A DNA stretch of 64,000 nt from an uncultured Candidatus Saccharibacteria bacterium (GCA_964474825.1 CAYYWQ010000001.1:485609-549608); one strand, 5' to 3'. Positions 27,334 through 38,255 are shown, counted from the stretch's first letter. A program made the numbers and translations. Notes: generated from the letters alone by a model not told the origin.

Positions 27334-29364
27334 ATGGAGGAACTTGAAAGCCAAATCGCAAAAATACAACTAGGCAATTTTAGGCGTGCTTCCAGCTATG
27401 TGTACGTGCTGGCCGAAAAGGCTATGGCCAGCGACGCAGAGCTTTATTTGATTGCGGAACTACCCCTACTTAACCCCGCGGCCGAAGAGTCTTGCGAAAA
27501 AATTTGTTTGGCAATTGCCGGCGCCCTTAAGCGCGCATATAAAAAACCCTTCACCGAGGGCAGTTTTGAAAGCGCCATAGCCCAAATAAACGAAGAACTG
27601 GGAAAACTGGCCAGCATGGGCCAGGTTCACTGGATAAACAAATTAAACTGCCTTATTGCGGTTAAATACGGGCCGGATTTTACAATAGCCACTTGCGGCA
27701 AGGTCATGGCCTACCTGTTCCGCGCCGGGGAGTTTACGGACATTGCATGCTCCCCCACCCAAAGCCATCCGCTTAAAACTTTTGAAAATTATGCCACCGG
27801 CAGAATTAGGCTAAACGATTTACTTATTTTGTCCACAGCTCAATTGTTCAATTATATTTCCATGGACCGGCTGAGGAGCATTTTAACCGGCTCAGCTTTT
27901 TTAAACGCCACCAAAACTATTGTTGAATTGCTTAAAGACAACGGCGGGCCCGACGCCGCGTTTGGCACAATTTTTAATTTACAGGTACAGCCCGGACAAA
28001 CCACTGAAGAAGAGGTTGATTTGGAAAACTTTGTCGCGGAAAGCCAGTCTGCTTCCGCGCCGCTTTGGGCCAAAGCGTGGGAGTACATAAAAGGAATGAT
28101 AGCGCATGGAAAAAGCAAGCGCATTCCAAAAGTGGATTTACCAAGTTTTTCCTCGGCCAATAGCGCCGCTAAAATTAAAAGCGGGGCCATTGCCGCGCTG
28201 GGCGCGAGCAAAAGCATTTGGAGCGCGCTTGGCCGCGGCGTGGCTTACAGCAAAAACACTTTAAGGCCGGAAAATTTTAAAACTTTTAGCCGCGAAAAAA
28301 AATTCTTTATAATTTCTTTGGGGGTTTTAGTGCTTGCGGTTATTATTTCTTTGACTGTTGCTGTCCGTCTTAAAAACACCCGGGCAGGCGATTCAGCCCA
28401 AAACACCCAAATCAAACAAGCTCAAACTTTTTTAAACAACGCCCAAACTTCGTTTTTGTATAATGACCAAAACAGCGCCCAGGATTATTTAAGCCAGGCT
28501 CAAGGCAAAATGCCAAAAGCAAATGAGGTCAGGAACGGAAACAAAGCACTTTACCAGACTGTTAGTGCCCAGCTCACCGAACTAGAACAAAAAATCCAAA
28601 AACAAACTCAGGCAGAAGTTACAAACCTTGGCGCTTTGGCAGCGGGCAGCGGCTTAATTAAACTTCCAAATATTGTTGCGGTCCAGAGTAATAAAAGCAT
28701 TATCAGCTTTAGTAAAACCACAGGCAGGATAGAAGACGGCGTGGTAAAAGCTAACGATACGATTGTTGATAATGTTTATTTTTCCGGTAACACAACTGCC
28801 ATTTATAACGGCAGCAGCTTAAGGCTTTGGGATTTTAGCACAGGGAGTTTAACTGCCCCTTTTTCAACAAACGTGCCAAGCCAAAACGATTTTGGCGGCT
28901 TGGCCGCTTACCAAACTAACAGCCGGGTTTACATAATTAACAAAGCTACTTCTCAAATTATAAACTTCACAGTTTTTGGCAATAACCTTACCAAACCCGC
29001 GGTTAGCTTAACTGATCCGTCTTTAAACAAAGCTTCCTCACTTGCCATAGACAGCGCCATTTATATTGTTAGTGAAGACCAAGTATTAAAATTCCAAAGC
29101 GGCAAGCCCGCGGATTTTAAAACCCCCGTACTTTCCAAGCCTTTGTCTGACACAGCCAAAATTTACACAGAAAAAGGCTGGGAAAAATTATATATTTTAG
29201 ACGCCGGCAACAACAGAATAATAATTACCGACAAAAAAGGTACCTTAATTTCAACCTTACAAAGCAGTCAATTTACAAAATTGGTAGATTTCCAGGTAGA
29301 CGAAAAAAATAAGACAGCCTATGTCTTAAATGATGGGACTCTGCTTAAAGTGACACTGCCTTAA
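27334..29364 (+). CDS. Membrane protein with N-terminal PP2C-like domain and C-terminal NHL/beta-propeller-like domain
   Basis: Central TM; LYILDAGNNRIII-type repeats at the C-terminus. Confidence 0.6.
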   Translation: MEELESQIAKIQLGNFRRASSYVYVLAEKAMASDAELYLIAELPLLNPAAEESCEKICLAIAGALKRAYKKPFTEGSFESAIAQINEELGKLASMGQVHWINKLNCLIAVKYGPDFTIATCGKVMAYLFRAGEFTDIACSPTQSHPLKTFENYATGRIRLNDLLILSTAQLFNYISMDRLRSILTGSAFLNATKTIVELLKDNGGPDAAFGTIFNLQVQPGQTTEEEVDLENFVAESQSASAPLWAKAWEYIKGMIAHGKSKRIPKVDLPSFSSANSAAKIKSGAIAALGASKSIWSALGRGVAYSKNTLRPENFKTFSREKKFFIISLGVLVLAVIISLTVAVRLKNTRAGDSAQNTQIKQAQTFLNNAQTSFLYNDQNSAQDYLSQAQGKMPKANEVRNGNKALYQTVSAQLTELEQKIQKQTQAEVTNLGALAAGSGLIKLPNIVAVQSNKSIISFSKTTGRIEDGVVKANDTIVDNVYFSGNTTAIYNGSSLRLWDFSTGSLTAPFSTNVPSQNDFGGLAAYQTNSRVYIINKATSQIINFTVFGNNLTKPAVSLTDPSLNKASSLAIDSAIYIVSEDQVLKFQSGKPADFKTPVLSKPLSDTAKIYTEKGWEKLYILDAGNNRIIITDKKGTLISTLQSSQFTKLVDFQVDEKNKTAYVLNDGTLLKVTLP

Positions 29365-30362
29365 GTTATAGTTTTTAAATACTCCTCGGCGATAACTTTA
29401 GTTTCGTCGAGGTTTTTTGTTTCCATTAATTTGGCCCGCAGTTCCGCGGCGCCGTCAAAGCCAGAGGCGTAGGCTTTAAAATGTTTACGCATTATCATAA
29501 AGGGTTTAATTTTGCCCAAGAGCTTGTCAAATAATTCTGCGTGCTCAAGCATGACGCGCAGGCGTTCTTTAATGTCTGGCCGATGGTTAGTGAAGAACCA
29601 AGGACTACCAAAAGCTCCCCGTGCGACCATAACCCCGTCGCAACCTGTCTGTGCAATGCGGTCCAAACCTTCTTGGTGTGATTTAATGTCGCCATTACCT
29701 ATAATTAAGGCTTGGGATTTGAGTGCATTGCGAATCTTTACCGCCTCAGCAATTTTTTCCCAATGCGCGGGAACTTTGGACATTTCTCTTTTTGTACGGC
29801 CATGCAAAGTTAAAGCGACAATATTTGTTTGTAGTAAATTTTCCACCCATCCTTGCATTTCTTCCAAGCTGTTGTAACCCAACCTAGTTTTAACGGACAC
29901 GGGCAAATCCCCCGCTCCTTTTTTTGTTGCAAGTATAATTTCCTGTGCGTGCTTAGGTTCCAAAATTAAAGCAGCGCAGGTTTTTTGGCCAACTTCTTTG
30001 TCCTGCGGACAGCCCATGTTTATATCTACGCCGTCAAAGCCAAGTTTAGCCAAAAGCTTTGCGGCCTCATAAAATTTTTCCGGATCCCTTCCCCAAATTT
30101 GCCCAACCATTGGCCGCTGCGCTTCTGTATATTCAAGATCAATCTTGAGGCGTTCAAATCCTTCCGGATGCAAAATACCATCAACATTCACAAACTCAGT
30201 GAACATAACAAAAGGATTTTTTCCTATTGCTTGTTCGCTATTGCCAATTGCCTTCCCTCCGCTATACCTTGCAAACATTTCACGAAAAGCCACGTCTGTA
30301 ACCTCTTCCATAGGAGCAAGACAAAAAAAGGGCTTAGGTAAATTGTGCCAAAAGTTTGACAT
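29361..30362 (-). CDS. dus: tRNA-dihydrouridine synthase
   Basis: LAPMEEVTD; DINMGCP; VSVKTRLG; HGRT; GNGD; MRKH. Confidence 0.93.
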   Translation of the reverse strand: MSNFWHNLPKPFFCLAPMEEVTDVAFREMFARYSGGKAIGNSEQAIGKNPFVMFTEFVNVDGILHPEGFERLKIDLEYTEAQRPMVGQIWGRDPEKFYEAAKLLAKLGFDGVDINMGCPQDKEVGQKTCAALILEPKHAQEIILATKKGAGDLPVSVKTRLGYNSLEEMQGWVENLLQTNIVALTLHGRTKREMSKVPAHWEKIAEAVKIRNALKSQALIIGNGDIKSHQEGLDRIAQTGCDGVMVARGAFGSPWFFTNHRPDIKERLRVMLEHAELFDKLLGKIKPFMIMRKHFKAYASGFDGAAELRAKLMETKNLDETKVIAEEYLKTIT

Positions 30363-30378
30363 AGTCATTAGTTTAAAT

Positions 30379-30410
30379 CAAAAACCGCCCCAGAGCAACT
30401 GGGGCGGTTT
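30379..30410 (-). terminator. Intrinsic terminator after rplL
   Basis: AAAACCGCCCCAG-AGCAA-CTGGGGCGGTTTT. Confidence 0.8.
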
Positions 30411-30426
30411 TAACAAAAACTCTAGA

Positions 30427-30828
30427 TTACTTAAGGTTCACCTTACCGCCGGCTTCTTCGATCTTTTTCTTCCATTCTTCGGCTTGGGCTTTGGCTACAT
30501 TTTCTTTAACAACTTTTGGAGCGGCGTCTACAATGTCTTTGGCTTCTTTAAGTCCAAGACCGGTGACTTCGCGCACCACTTTAATAACAGCAATTTTGTT
30601 GGCGCCGGCTTCGGCTAATTCAACGTTGAATTCAGTCTTTTCTTCGGCAGCTGCGCCACCGGCGGCGGCACCGGCGGCTACCATCATAGGGGCAGCAGCG
30701 CTTACGCCAAATTTAGCTTCTAAAATTTTTACCAATTCGGACAGCTCCATAGCTGTGTACTTTTCAACCTGGTCAACAACGGCCTGGAATTTGGCCGGGA
30801 CTTCTACGGTTGTTACTTCATCGGACAT
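30427..30828 (-). CDS. rplL: 50S ribosomal protein L7/L12
   Basis: EEKTEFNV; [21 protein letters not shown]. Confidence 0.97.
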   Translation of the reverse strand: MSDEVTTVEVPAKFQAVVDQVEKYTAMELSELVKILEAKFGVSAAAPMMVAAGAAAGGAAAEEKTEFNVELAEAGANKIAVIKVVREVTGLGLKEAKDIVDAAPKVVKENVAKAQAEEWKKKIEEAGGKVNLK

Positions 30829-30914
30829 GTTATATTACCTTTCGAGAACATTTTAACAATTCAGAATTTACAAATTGTTAAAATATTAGGATGTTAAAAT
30901 AATAAAATAATTTC

Positions 30915-31436
30915 TTAAGCGGCCACAGGTGCGGCCGGGGCAGCAACTTCACCCATTTTTTCAGCGCGGGCATTTAATACTCTGGCAAAAGCGGAAATTG
31001 GTCCGTTAAGCACAGACATAAACTGAGAACGCAACTGATCTTTAGTAGGCAAGCTACCTAAGGCAACAACTTGAGCCTTGCTCATTAACTCGCTGCCCAG
31101 TAAACCTTCCAAAATTCCAATGCTCTTAATATCTTTGGTTAAATTTTGAATGATTCTAGCAGGAGCGGTTTCATCTTCCGTGGAAATAGAAAGAATTACC
31201 GGAGTTTTGTAATCTGCAATTTCGCCTTGCAATCCGGCGTCCTTCATAGCTCTCTTAACCAAAGTCAGTTTGTAAACTTTGGAAAAAACATTTTCCTTGC
31301 GAAGAGTTTTGCGGAATTTGTCTAAGTCCAAAACGGTTGTGCCGCGATAATCGCTAAACACCACGGCCTTTGAAGCTTTAAGTTTTTCCGTTAACTCTTT
31401 AAGATCCTTCTCTTTTTGACTTTTTAATTTAGGCAT
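30915..31436 (-). CDS. rplJ: 50S ribosomal protein L10
   Basis: MPKLKSQKE; DYRG; KVYKLTL; LPTKDQL; upstream of rplL (ORF-track extension is repeat-derived). Confidence 0.93.
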   Translation of the reverse strand: MPKLKSQKEKDLKELTEKLKASKAVVFSDYRGTTVLDLDKFRKTLRKENVFSKVYKLTLVKRAMKDAGLQGEIADYKTPVILSISTEDETAPARIIQNLTKDIKSIGILEGLLGSELMSKAQVVALGSLPTKDQLRSQFMSVLNGPISAFARVLNARAEKMGEVAAPAAPVAA

Positions 31437-31580
31437 AATTTTAGTAGCTAGTTTATAGCATTTAGTAGTTAGGACTAGATCGACCGTCGTAGCCAATAAA
31501 TATCCGGGTAAAAATAAAACTCGGCTGAGCCGAGTACATAAACTATTCGCTAAGCACTATTCGCTTATCGCTAGTTTTAT

Positions 31581-31643
31581 TCCTCGGTGGGTCTATCGAT
31601 TTAACGATAAATTAAGGCCTTGCGACCACCAACTGTCTTTGGA
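31581..31643 (-). ncRNA. L10 leader (autoregulatory mRNA structure)
   Basis: Minus strand CCAAAGACAGTTGGT...CCCACCGAGGA upstream of rplJ, followed by hairpin ACTCGGC..GCCGAGT plus T-run. Confidence 0.75.
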
Positions 31644-31688
31644 TATTTAGTTAAAAGCATTATACCAGACCCCAGTAAATCCGTCAAA

Positions 31689-32279
31689 TTACTTGCCCAT
31701 AATAAACTTGGGCAGGTAATTTATCATGGCCATACTCTCTCTTAAATAGTAATAGCTTATGTCTTTAAAACTATAATATTTTTGGCTCGGCGAACTCCAG
31801 TAAACATCTTCAAACCCCAGGCGCTTGGCCACAAAAACCGCCCTGGCCAAATGGAAACTGTCGCTTACTATTATTAAACTTTTTGCTTTAGGTAATTTAG
31901 CCTTGGTATTTTGAATATTTTCAAAAGTACTATGCGACTGGTCTTCCAAAATTACAGGAACTAGAATTGAAGCCTTATAAGCAATAGCATTCTGCATATA
32001 CTGCGCTTCGGAAATAGAACCTTTGTAGTCTTCCCCGCCACTCACAACAATAACCGGAGCTTGGCCTGCCTCATACAACCTTAGGCCCTCCAGGCTTCTA
32101 TTATAGGCCGCAGGCGTCTTAATAGCCGCACCCAAAACCACTATTACGTCTGCCTTTTGCACTTTGGGATGAAAAATAGCAAAAGCCACAATAACCGCCA
32201 AATCCAAAACAAAAACCACAGCCGCAACTATAACCAAACGCTTTATAATTTTCCAAGCTTTTTTAATAAACCTTTGCAT
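31689..32279 (-). CDS. YdcF/DUF218 (SanA/ElyC-like) protein
   Basis: VVLGA; VSGG; SEA; EDQSHSTFEN; SDSFHLARA; RE. Confidence 0.88.
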   Translation of the reverse strand: MQRFIKKAWKIIKRLVIVAAVVFVLDLAVIVAFAIFHPKVQKADVIVVLGAAIKTPAAYNRSLEGLRLYEAGQAPVIVVSGGEDYKGSISEAQYMQNAIAYKASILVPVILEDQSHSTFENIQNTKAKLPKAKSLIIVSDSFHLARAVFVAKRLGFEDVYWSSPSQKYYSFKDISYYYLRESMAMINYLPKFIMGK

Positions 32280-32434
32280 CTATATATTTTAACACAAAAC
32301 CGTTTTTTGGGTCGGTAATTAAAATATTATAATACCAAAAGGTTTGACGAGAAGCCCATTTTCCTCTATAATAATATGTTTTCAGCACGTCGGCGGCTGA
32401 AGATTGTTTTTGCGGAGCCGATAAGGTAAACACG

Positions 32435-33037
32435 TTGAAAAACAAAAAAATAATCACCACGATTTTGGCGGTCGTGGTTTTGCTTCTGTCCGCCGGCGCC
32501 GCCAACGCCGACGAAATTTTGGTCACGCTTTCTGGGGACTCCCCAGCCGCGGGAACTGTCATCCCATTTGGGTCAAACCACCTGCTAATGACAGTAGACC
32601 TCTTCTCCTTGTGGGGTGACAATGAGATCCTCCGGCTTAAATTTGTGGGGGATCCCTCGGGGGAATCATTGTTGCCCGTCGCTCTATACAGCGAGGGTAC
32701 CCAAGTGGGGCCGACAAAGGGCTGGTTCTATAGCGACGTGGTGTTTGATTTGCTCCCCGGAGCAGTTGTCGTTCCTGAAGGAACGCACAAGAAACTCGAG
32801 CTGCGAGCGGGGCTTTTCAATTTCCCGTACATAACATACCCCACCGGTTTTCGACCACGCTTGAACGAAGTAACCGGAAGGGATCTTGCGACCGGAGATC
32901 TCTTCGCTCCGTACCTCCAACTGCCAGTGACCGGAAACCTGCTCATCTTGGGAACCACCGCTACACCAGAGCCTGGCACAGTTACACTGGTCGCTATGGG
33001 CCTTGCCCTCTGCGGCCTCGGTATTCGCCGCCACTAA
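32435..33037 (+). CDS. PEP-CTERM sorting domain protein (GC-rich)
   Basis: Signal peptide ending ANA-D; C-terminus TPEPGTVTLVAMGLALCGLGIRRH. Confidence 0.85.
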   Translation: MKNKKIITTILAVVVLLLSAGAANADEILVTLSGDSPAAGTVIPFGSNHLLMTVDLFSLWGDNEILRLKFVGDPSGESLLPVALYSEGTQVGPTKGWFYSDVVFDLLPGAVVVPEGTHKKLELRAGLFNFPYITYPTGFRPRLNEVTGRDLATGDLFAPYLQLPVTGNLLILGTTATPEPGTVTLVAMGLALCGLGIRRH

Positions 33038-33207
33038 AAACAGAAGTCGCCAAGAAAGGAGGCGAAATCAAAGTCCCCAATATGGGGCGCGAAAGAAGCG
33101 GAAGGACATGGGCATCTGCGCAGACCCATTTCCCCCGCTTCTTTTTATACCTTCCGTCCTTGAAAAAAAACAGTGTTTTTGGTAAACTATCAGAAGTTAA
33201 TATATAT

Positions 33208-33281
33208 TGCCCGGTAGCCAAGTGGTAAGGCAGAGGACTCTGAATCCTCCATCGAAGGTTCGAATCCTTCCCGGGCAGCCA
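33208..33281 (+). tRNA. tRNA-Gln(CTG)
   Basis: TGCCCGG..CCGGGCA-GCCA; anticodon arm GAGGA-CTCTGAA-TCCTC. Confidence 0.95.
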
Positions 33282-33421
33282 ATGAGTTATTCACCCATTC
33301 CGGGTGTTTTTATTTTTGCACCAAAAACTTCATAACCATCGTATAAATAACAAACACCAAGCTCTCTTGGCTCGAGCGGCTTGGAAAATATCTCAAAAAA
33401 ATAATTAATAAAAAACAACAA

Positions 33422-33736
33422 ATGGAAGAACAACATATGAAGGAACCGTCTGAAGGCTATTGCCCATGCGGAATGTGCCGCGGTTATATTGGTCATTACG
33501 GCCACGGCGGAAGGTTTTGGTTTGGCCGCTGGCTGGTTATGTTTGCTTTAGCGCTATTAATTTTTGTCTTGGGCTTTGCCTTTGGCAGAATGAGCTGCTT
33601 TAGCCACGGCATTTACAAAAATGACAATATAATGTACAGAAGCGGCCGCATGATGCAAGGAATGCCCGGAGACTTCCGGGGTAACATGATGTACCAGTTC
33701 AGTGTGCCGGTAAGTTCTACAACCCCAGTAAAATAA
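33422..33736 (+). CDS. Hypothetical single-TM protein
   Basis: CPCGMC, TM helix, Met/Gly-rich tail. Confidence 0.6.
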   Translation: MEEQHMKEPSEGYCPCGMCRGYIGHYGHGGRFWFGRWLVMFALALLIFVLGFAFGRMSCFSHGIYKNDNIMYRSGRMMQGMPGDFRGNMMYQFSVPVSSTTPVK

Positions 33737-33791
33737 GTTTGATAAAAAAAGACCACCGCACTGCGGAGGTCTTTTTAAATGCTGATGATAT

Positions 33792-35066
33792 TTAGTACGA
33801 TTGGCTTCTGTGCCTGGGAATAAAGCGTGAGCTGGATCCCCTGCTGTGCCTTCCGGCGGAAAAACCTCCACGGGAATTTTGGGGACGGAAACCTCGGGGT
33901 TTAAAGCCCATCCTGGAATCTTCCGGAGTTCTTTGCGGAGCGGTTGTTCCTGCCACCCGGGTGGAGGGAAGCTGTTTTTTAATTAAACGCTCAATATCCA
34001 TTACATCGCGGCGTTGGTCGGAAGTAGCCAAAGAAATAGCGTGGCCTTCCATTCCGGCGCGGCCGGTACGGCCAATACGGTGAACATAATCGCTCGGGCT
34101 TTCCGGTAAGTCAAAATTTACTACTAATTCAATTCCGGTAACATCAATACCTCGGGCAGCAATATCAGTCGCCACTAAAACTCTATATTTACCCATTTTA
34201 AAACCCTGCAAAGCTTCTATGCGCTGGTTTAAAGAACGGTTGGAATGGATTTCCGAAGCACTGTGGCCCAGGTTACGAACAGCAAAAGCAATTTTTTTAG
34301 CGCCAAACTTGGTGCGAGTAAAAACTAAAGTACTGCCTTTATATTCCGTTAAAATCTTTTTAAGCTGCTCCATTTTGTCGTGCTTTTCCACAAAAATAAT
34401 TTCCTGGGAAACCTGGCTGGTAACACTGCCGGCCGGCGCGACTTCCACGCGAATAGGAAGTTTCATGTAAGAATTGGCAATGTTAATAATTTCCGCGGGC
34501 ATAGTGGCCGAGAATAACATTGTCTGGCGCACAGCCGGAACAGTTTTCATAATTTGTTTAAGCTGCGGAGCAAAACCCATGTCTAGCATTCTGTCGGCTT
34601 CATCTAAAACCAAAATCCCCACTTTGTCCAAGCGAACGGTTTTTTGTTCTAAATGATCTATAAGTCTTCCAGGGGTCGCGATTATAATATGCGGACCTCT
34701 GCGCATGCTGGCTAACTGCCTGTGCATACTTTCACCCCCAATTAACACAGCGGTTTTTAAACCAAATGAACGGCCGATGTTTTCCAAAGATTCATTAACC
34801 TGCATTGCTAGTTCACGGGTAGGTAAAACCACCAAACCCATTTTTTTGCTAGAAGCAATGCTTTGGAGCATAGGCAAACCAAAAGCCAAAGTTTTACCGG
34901 TTCCTGTTTGGGCAATACCCATAACGTCTTTGCCGGTAATGGCAACAGGGATGGCCTGGCTCTGAATAGGAGTAGGAACAGTAAAACCCTTATGCTGAAG
35001 AATTTCCAAAAGCTTGGGTGCTAACCCAAGGCCGTTAAAAGATGTATGTATTTGCGCTGGTGTCAT
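33792..35066 (-). CDS. DEAD-box RNA helicase (RhlE-like)
   Basis: AQTGTGKT; PTRELA; DEAD; SAT; HRIGRTGR. Confidence 0.95.
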   Translation of the reverse strand: MTPAQIHTSFNGLGLAPKLLEILQHKGFTVPTPIQSQAIPVAITGKDVMGIAQTGTGKTLAFGLPMLQSIASSKKMGLVVLPTRELAMQVNESLENIGRSFGLKTAVLIGGESMHRQLASMRRGPHIIIATPGRLIDHLEQKTVRLDKVGILVLDEADRMLDMGFAPQLKQIMKTVPAVRQTMLFSATMPAEIINIANSYMKLPIRVEVAPAGSVTSQVSQEIIFVEKHDKMEQLKKILTEYKGSTLVFTRTKFGAKKIAFAVRNLGHSASEIHSNRSLNQRIEALQGFKMGKYRVLVATDIAARGIDVTGIELVVNFDLPESPSDYVHRIGRTGRAGMEGHAISLATSDQRRDVMDIERLIKKQLPSTRVAGTTAPQRTPEDSRMGFKPRGFRPQNSRGGFSAGRHSRGSSSRFIPRHRSQSY

Positions 35067-35202
35067 TAAAATATAGTCTTTCTGAGTGCTTTTTAATACG
35101 AGTTCTAATTATATCACTTTTCCATATTTTTGTCAACAACACTACCCCTTACGTTTATTGTGTGATAAAATATAGCTACAAATAAAGCGCTAAGAAACAA
35201 AA

Positions 35203-35391
35203 ATGACAAAGACTTTAAAATGGCTATTTTACCTGTTTCTAATATTAGCAGCGGTTTTTTTATACTGGTTTTTACCCAAATACTCCTTTGTCCAAAAAAA
35301 TCCCGGCTATTGCACCAACTTAACTCCTCATATTTATTACTGCGGAAGCCAGGCAGGGTTTGACAAGCTTTTTAATGTAAACAAAAATTGA
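35203..35391 (+). CDS. Small membrane protein with two Cys
   Basis: N-terminal TM; intergenic position. Confidence 0.55.
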   Translation: MTKTLKWLFYLFLILAAVFLYWFLPKYSFVQKNPGYCTNLTPHIYYCGSQAGFDKLFNVNKN

Positions 35392-35450
35392 CATTTACCA
35401 ATACTAATCGTAAAATAAAATAAAGTAAGTTTGTATTAGAAACAAAAATC

Positions 35451-36002
35451 ATGTTCAAAAATTTATCATCCCAAAATAAAAGTTTTATAATCCTGGCAAT
35501 AATTGCCGCGGTTGGCACGTATGTTGCAATTGTTATTGGGCATTTTTCCCCTCCCCCAACTCGAACTTCTAGTCTGACCCCTAATAATTCTACTGACAGC
35601 GGGGCCGTGGCTTCAGCCAATGACCATTTTATGCCGGAATTTAAACCGGTAGACACCTCCAATTGGAAAACCTACAGTGACCCTAAGTATCCTTTAAGTT
35701 TTAATTACGACCCTGCCTGGACCGTAAAGCCCGGAAAAATTCAGGATGGCTTTTATGTTTTAGAAATTGACCCAGGCGCAAAATATTACAATATGAAAGT
35801 CTATGTAAGCACCAGCCAATTTTATAATATAGACGGTTTGCCTTTTGTAAAAACCGACATTAATGGTGCCCAGGCTTACAACGTTTCCAACCTGCTTTAC
35901 GGAATTAAAATGGGCCCAAACTATTACACTTTTGAAAACGGCCTGTCTACTAATATGATAGACAACTTTAACGCTTTAGTAAGAACAGTAACGTTCCAGT
36001 AA
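35451..36002 (+). CDS. Membrane-anchored protein with WKTY (PsbP-like) domain
   Basis: TM followed by DTSNWKTYSDPKYPLSFNY. Confidence 0.65.
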   Translation: MFKNLSSQNKSFIILAIIAAVGTYVAIVIGHFSPPPTRTSSLTPNNSTDSGAVASANDHFMPEFKPVDTSNWKTYSDPKYPLSFNYDPAWTVKPGKIQDGFYVLEIDPGAKYYNMKVYVSTSQFYNIDGLPFVKTDINGAQAYNVSNLLYGIKMGPNYYTFENGLSTNMIDNFNALVRTVTFQ

Positions 36003-36112
36003 ATACTATAAATAAAAATTCCGCTTAGGCGGAATTTTATTATTCAAGGGTTTGCCAATCTTTAAAAAATGCCCTATAATCATACAAGAAATTATTAATC
36101 CTGTAACAAAAT

Positions 36113-38137
36113 ATGGAAAACACCTATTTGTATTACGCCTTAGGCGCGGCTATTTTAGCTCTTGCTTACGGCGTGTTTTTAATTGTTAAAATTCTCAAGT
36201 CCCCTGCCGGCAGCGGAAAAATGCTGGAAATTGCCAAGGCCATTCAAGACGGTGCTAAGGCGTATTTGTCCAGGCAATACAAAGCCGTAGGAATTGTGGC
36301 TGTTGTTGTTATAATTTTAATGCTTCTTGCCAACAAAGCCGTTGGACAAAATTTCTTTTCCGCTAACACAATTTACGGATTCATTTTAGGAGCTGTGCTT
36401 TCCGCCACCGCAGGTTTTGTTGGTATGAACATTTCCGTAAGAGCTAATGTGCGCACAGCTGAGGCCGCAAAAAAAGGTTTGGGTGCCGCGCTCTCTCTGG
36501 CTTTTGAAGGCGGAGCTGTTACCGGATTATTTGTAGCTGGTTTGGGACTGCTTTCTGTTACAGGATTCTACATGGCCACGCATGATCTTTCTGCTCTTGC
36601 TGGTTTGGCTTTTGGCGCATCCTTAATTTCCGTGTTTGCCCGTTTGGGCGGCGGTATTTTTACCAAAGGCGCGGACGTAGGAACAGACATGGTTGGTAAA
36701 GTTGAAGCCGGTATTCCCGAAGACGACCCAAGAAACCCTGGCGTAATTGCGGACAACGTTGGTGACAACGTTGGTGACTGCGCCGGTATGGCCGCTGATT
36801 TGTTTGAAACTTATGTTGTTTCTGCCATTGCCGTAATTTTACTGGGAAGCTTTGTTTTTCCAAACAACACAATGGCTATTATTTTTCCATTAATGATTGG
36901 CGCGGCTTCCATAGTTACTACTATTATTGGAACCTGGTTTGTTCGCATTGGAAAATCTGGCAGCATTATGGGCGCGCTTTACAAGGGCTTAATAGTATCA
37001 GGAATTCTTTCTGCGATTGCTTTCTATCCAATTACCCAAAAATTAATGGGCGATAATGGTCTGTACTCTGCCCTTAATCTTTTCTACTGCGCCTTAATTG
37101 GACTGGGTGTTACAGCTGCCGTAGTTTTAATTACCGAATACTACACTTCAAAGTCTTACTCCCCTGTTAAACAAATTGCTGAAGCTTCCACAACCGGACA
37201 TGGCACTAATATTATTAAGGGTTTGGCCGTTGGCATGCAGTCCACTGCCGCTCCGGTTATTGTAATTGTTGTTGCGATTTTGTCTGCGTATCAATTAGCA
37301 GGACTTTATGGTATTGCTTTAGCAGTAATGAGCATGTTGTCCCTTACAGGAATAATTGTGGCGATAGACGCCTTTGGTCCAATTACAGACAACGCCGGTG
37401 GCATTGCTGAAATGGCGGGACTAGATAAGAGCGTACGTGATGTTACAGACCCACTAGACGCGGTTGGCAACACCACAAAGGCCGTAACAAAAGGTTACGC
37501 AATTGCCAGCGCTGGCTTGGCTGCTATGGTTTTGTTTGCAGCTTACACGCAAGAACTTCAGGCTAACGGAATTTCCACAGTATTCGATTTGTCCAACAGC
37601 AAAGTATTAGTAGGTTTGTTAATTGGTGGCTTGCTTCCTTATTTGTTTGCTTCCATTGCTATGTCTGCTGTTGGTAACGCTGCCAAGGCAGTTGTAGAAG
37701 AAGTGCGCAGACAGTTCCGAGAGATTAAAGGAATTATGGAAGGAACCGCAAAGCCAGACTACTCCAAAGCTGTAGATATTGTAACTAAAGCTGCTATAAA
37801 AGAAATGATTATTCCTGCTTTAATTCCGGTTGTAGTCCCAATTGTAGTTGGTCTGTGGCTTGGTGCCGCGGCCTTAGGCGGACTTTTAGTTGGAACAATT
37901 GTCACCGGTTTGTTTGTAGGAATTTCCATGACTACCGGCGGCGCGGCTTGGGACAATGCCAAAAAATATATTGAAGAAGGCAGCTTTGGCGGCAAAGGTA
38001 GTGAAGCTCACAAAGCCGCCGTTACCGGCGACACCGTAGGCGACCCCTACAAAGACACTGCTGGCCCGGCTATAAACCCAATGATCAAGATTATAAACAT
38101 TGTTGCTCTTCTTTTGGTAAAATTCTTAAAACCGTAA
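36113..38137 (+). CDS. hppA: Membrane-bound pyrophosphatase, K+-independent H+-pumping type
   Basis: [11 protein letters not shown]; DNVGDNVGD; GNTTKA (Lys variant); [10 protein letters not shown]. Confidence 0.95.
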   Translation: MENTYLYYALGAAILALAYGVFLIVKILKSPAGSGKMLEIAKAIQDGAKAYLSRQYKAVGIVAVVVIILMLLANKAVGQNFFSANTIYGFILGAVLSATAGFVGMNISVRANVRTAEAAKKGLGAALSLAFEGGAVTGLFVAGLGLLSVTGFYMATHDLSALAGLAFGASLISVFARLGGGIFTKGADVGTDMVGKVEAGIPEDDPRNPGVIADNVGDNVGDCAGMAADLFETYVVSAIAVILLGSFVFPNNTMAIIFPLMIGAASIVTTIIGTWFVRIGKSGSIMGALYKGLIVSGILSAIAFYPITQKLMGDNGLYSALNLFYCALIGLGVTAAVVLITEYYTSKSYSPVKQIAEASTTGHGTNIIKGLAVGMQSTAAPVIVIVVAILSAYQLAGLYGIALAVMSMLSLTGIIVAIDAFGPITDNAGGIAEMAGLDKSVRDVTDPLDAVGNTTKAVTKGYAIASAGLAAMVLFAAYTQELQANGISTVFDLSNSKVLVGLLIGGLLPYLFASIAMSAVGNAAKAVVEEVRRQFREIKGIMEGTAKPDYSKAVDIVTKAAIKEMIIPALIPVVVPIVVGLWLGAAALGGLLVGTIVTGLFVGISMTTGGAAWDNAKKYIEEGSFGGKGSEAHKAAVTGDTVGDPYKDTAGPAINPMIKIINIVALLLVKFLKP

Positions 38138-38144
38138 ATATTTT

Positions 38145-38175
38145 AAAAACCACCCTCGAAGGAGGGTGGTTTTTT
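38145..38175. terminator. Intrinsic terminator after hppA
   Basis: AAAAACCACCCTC-GAAG-GAGGGTGGTTTTT. Confidence 0.85.
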
Positions 38176-38255
38176 ATTTTCCAAACAAAAGATCCCCAGA
38201 AACAAACGCCGTCGTGCGCGTGTTCCCGGGGACCTCAGATTTTCTTGTGATGGGC

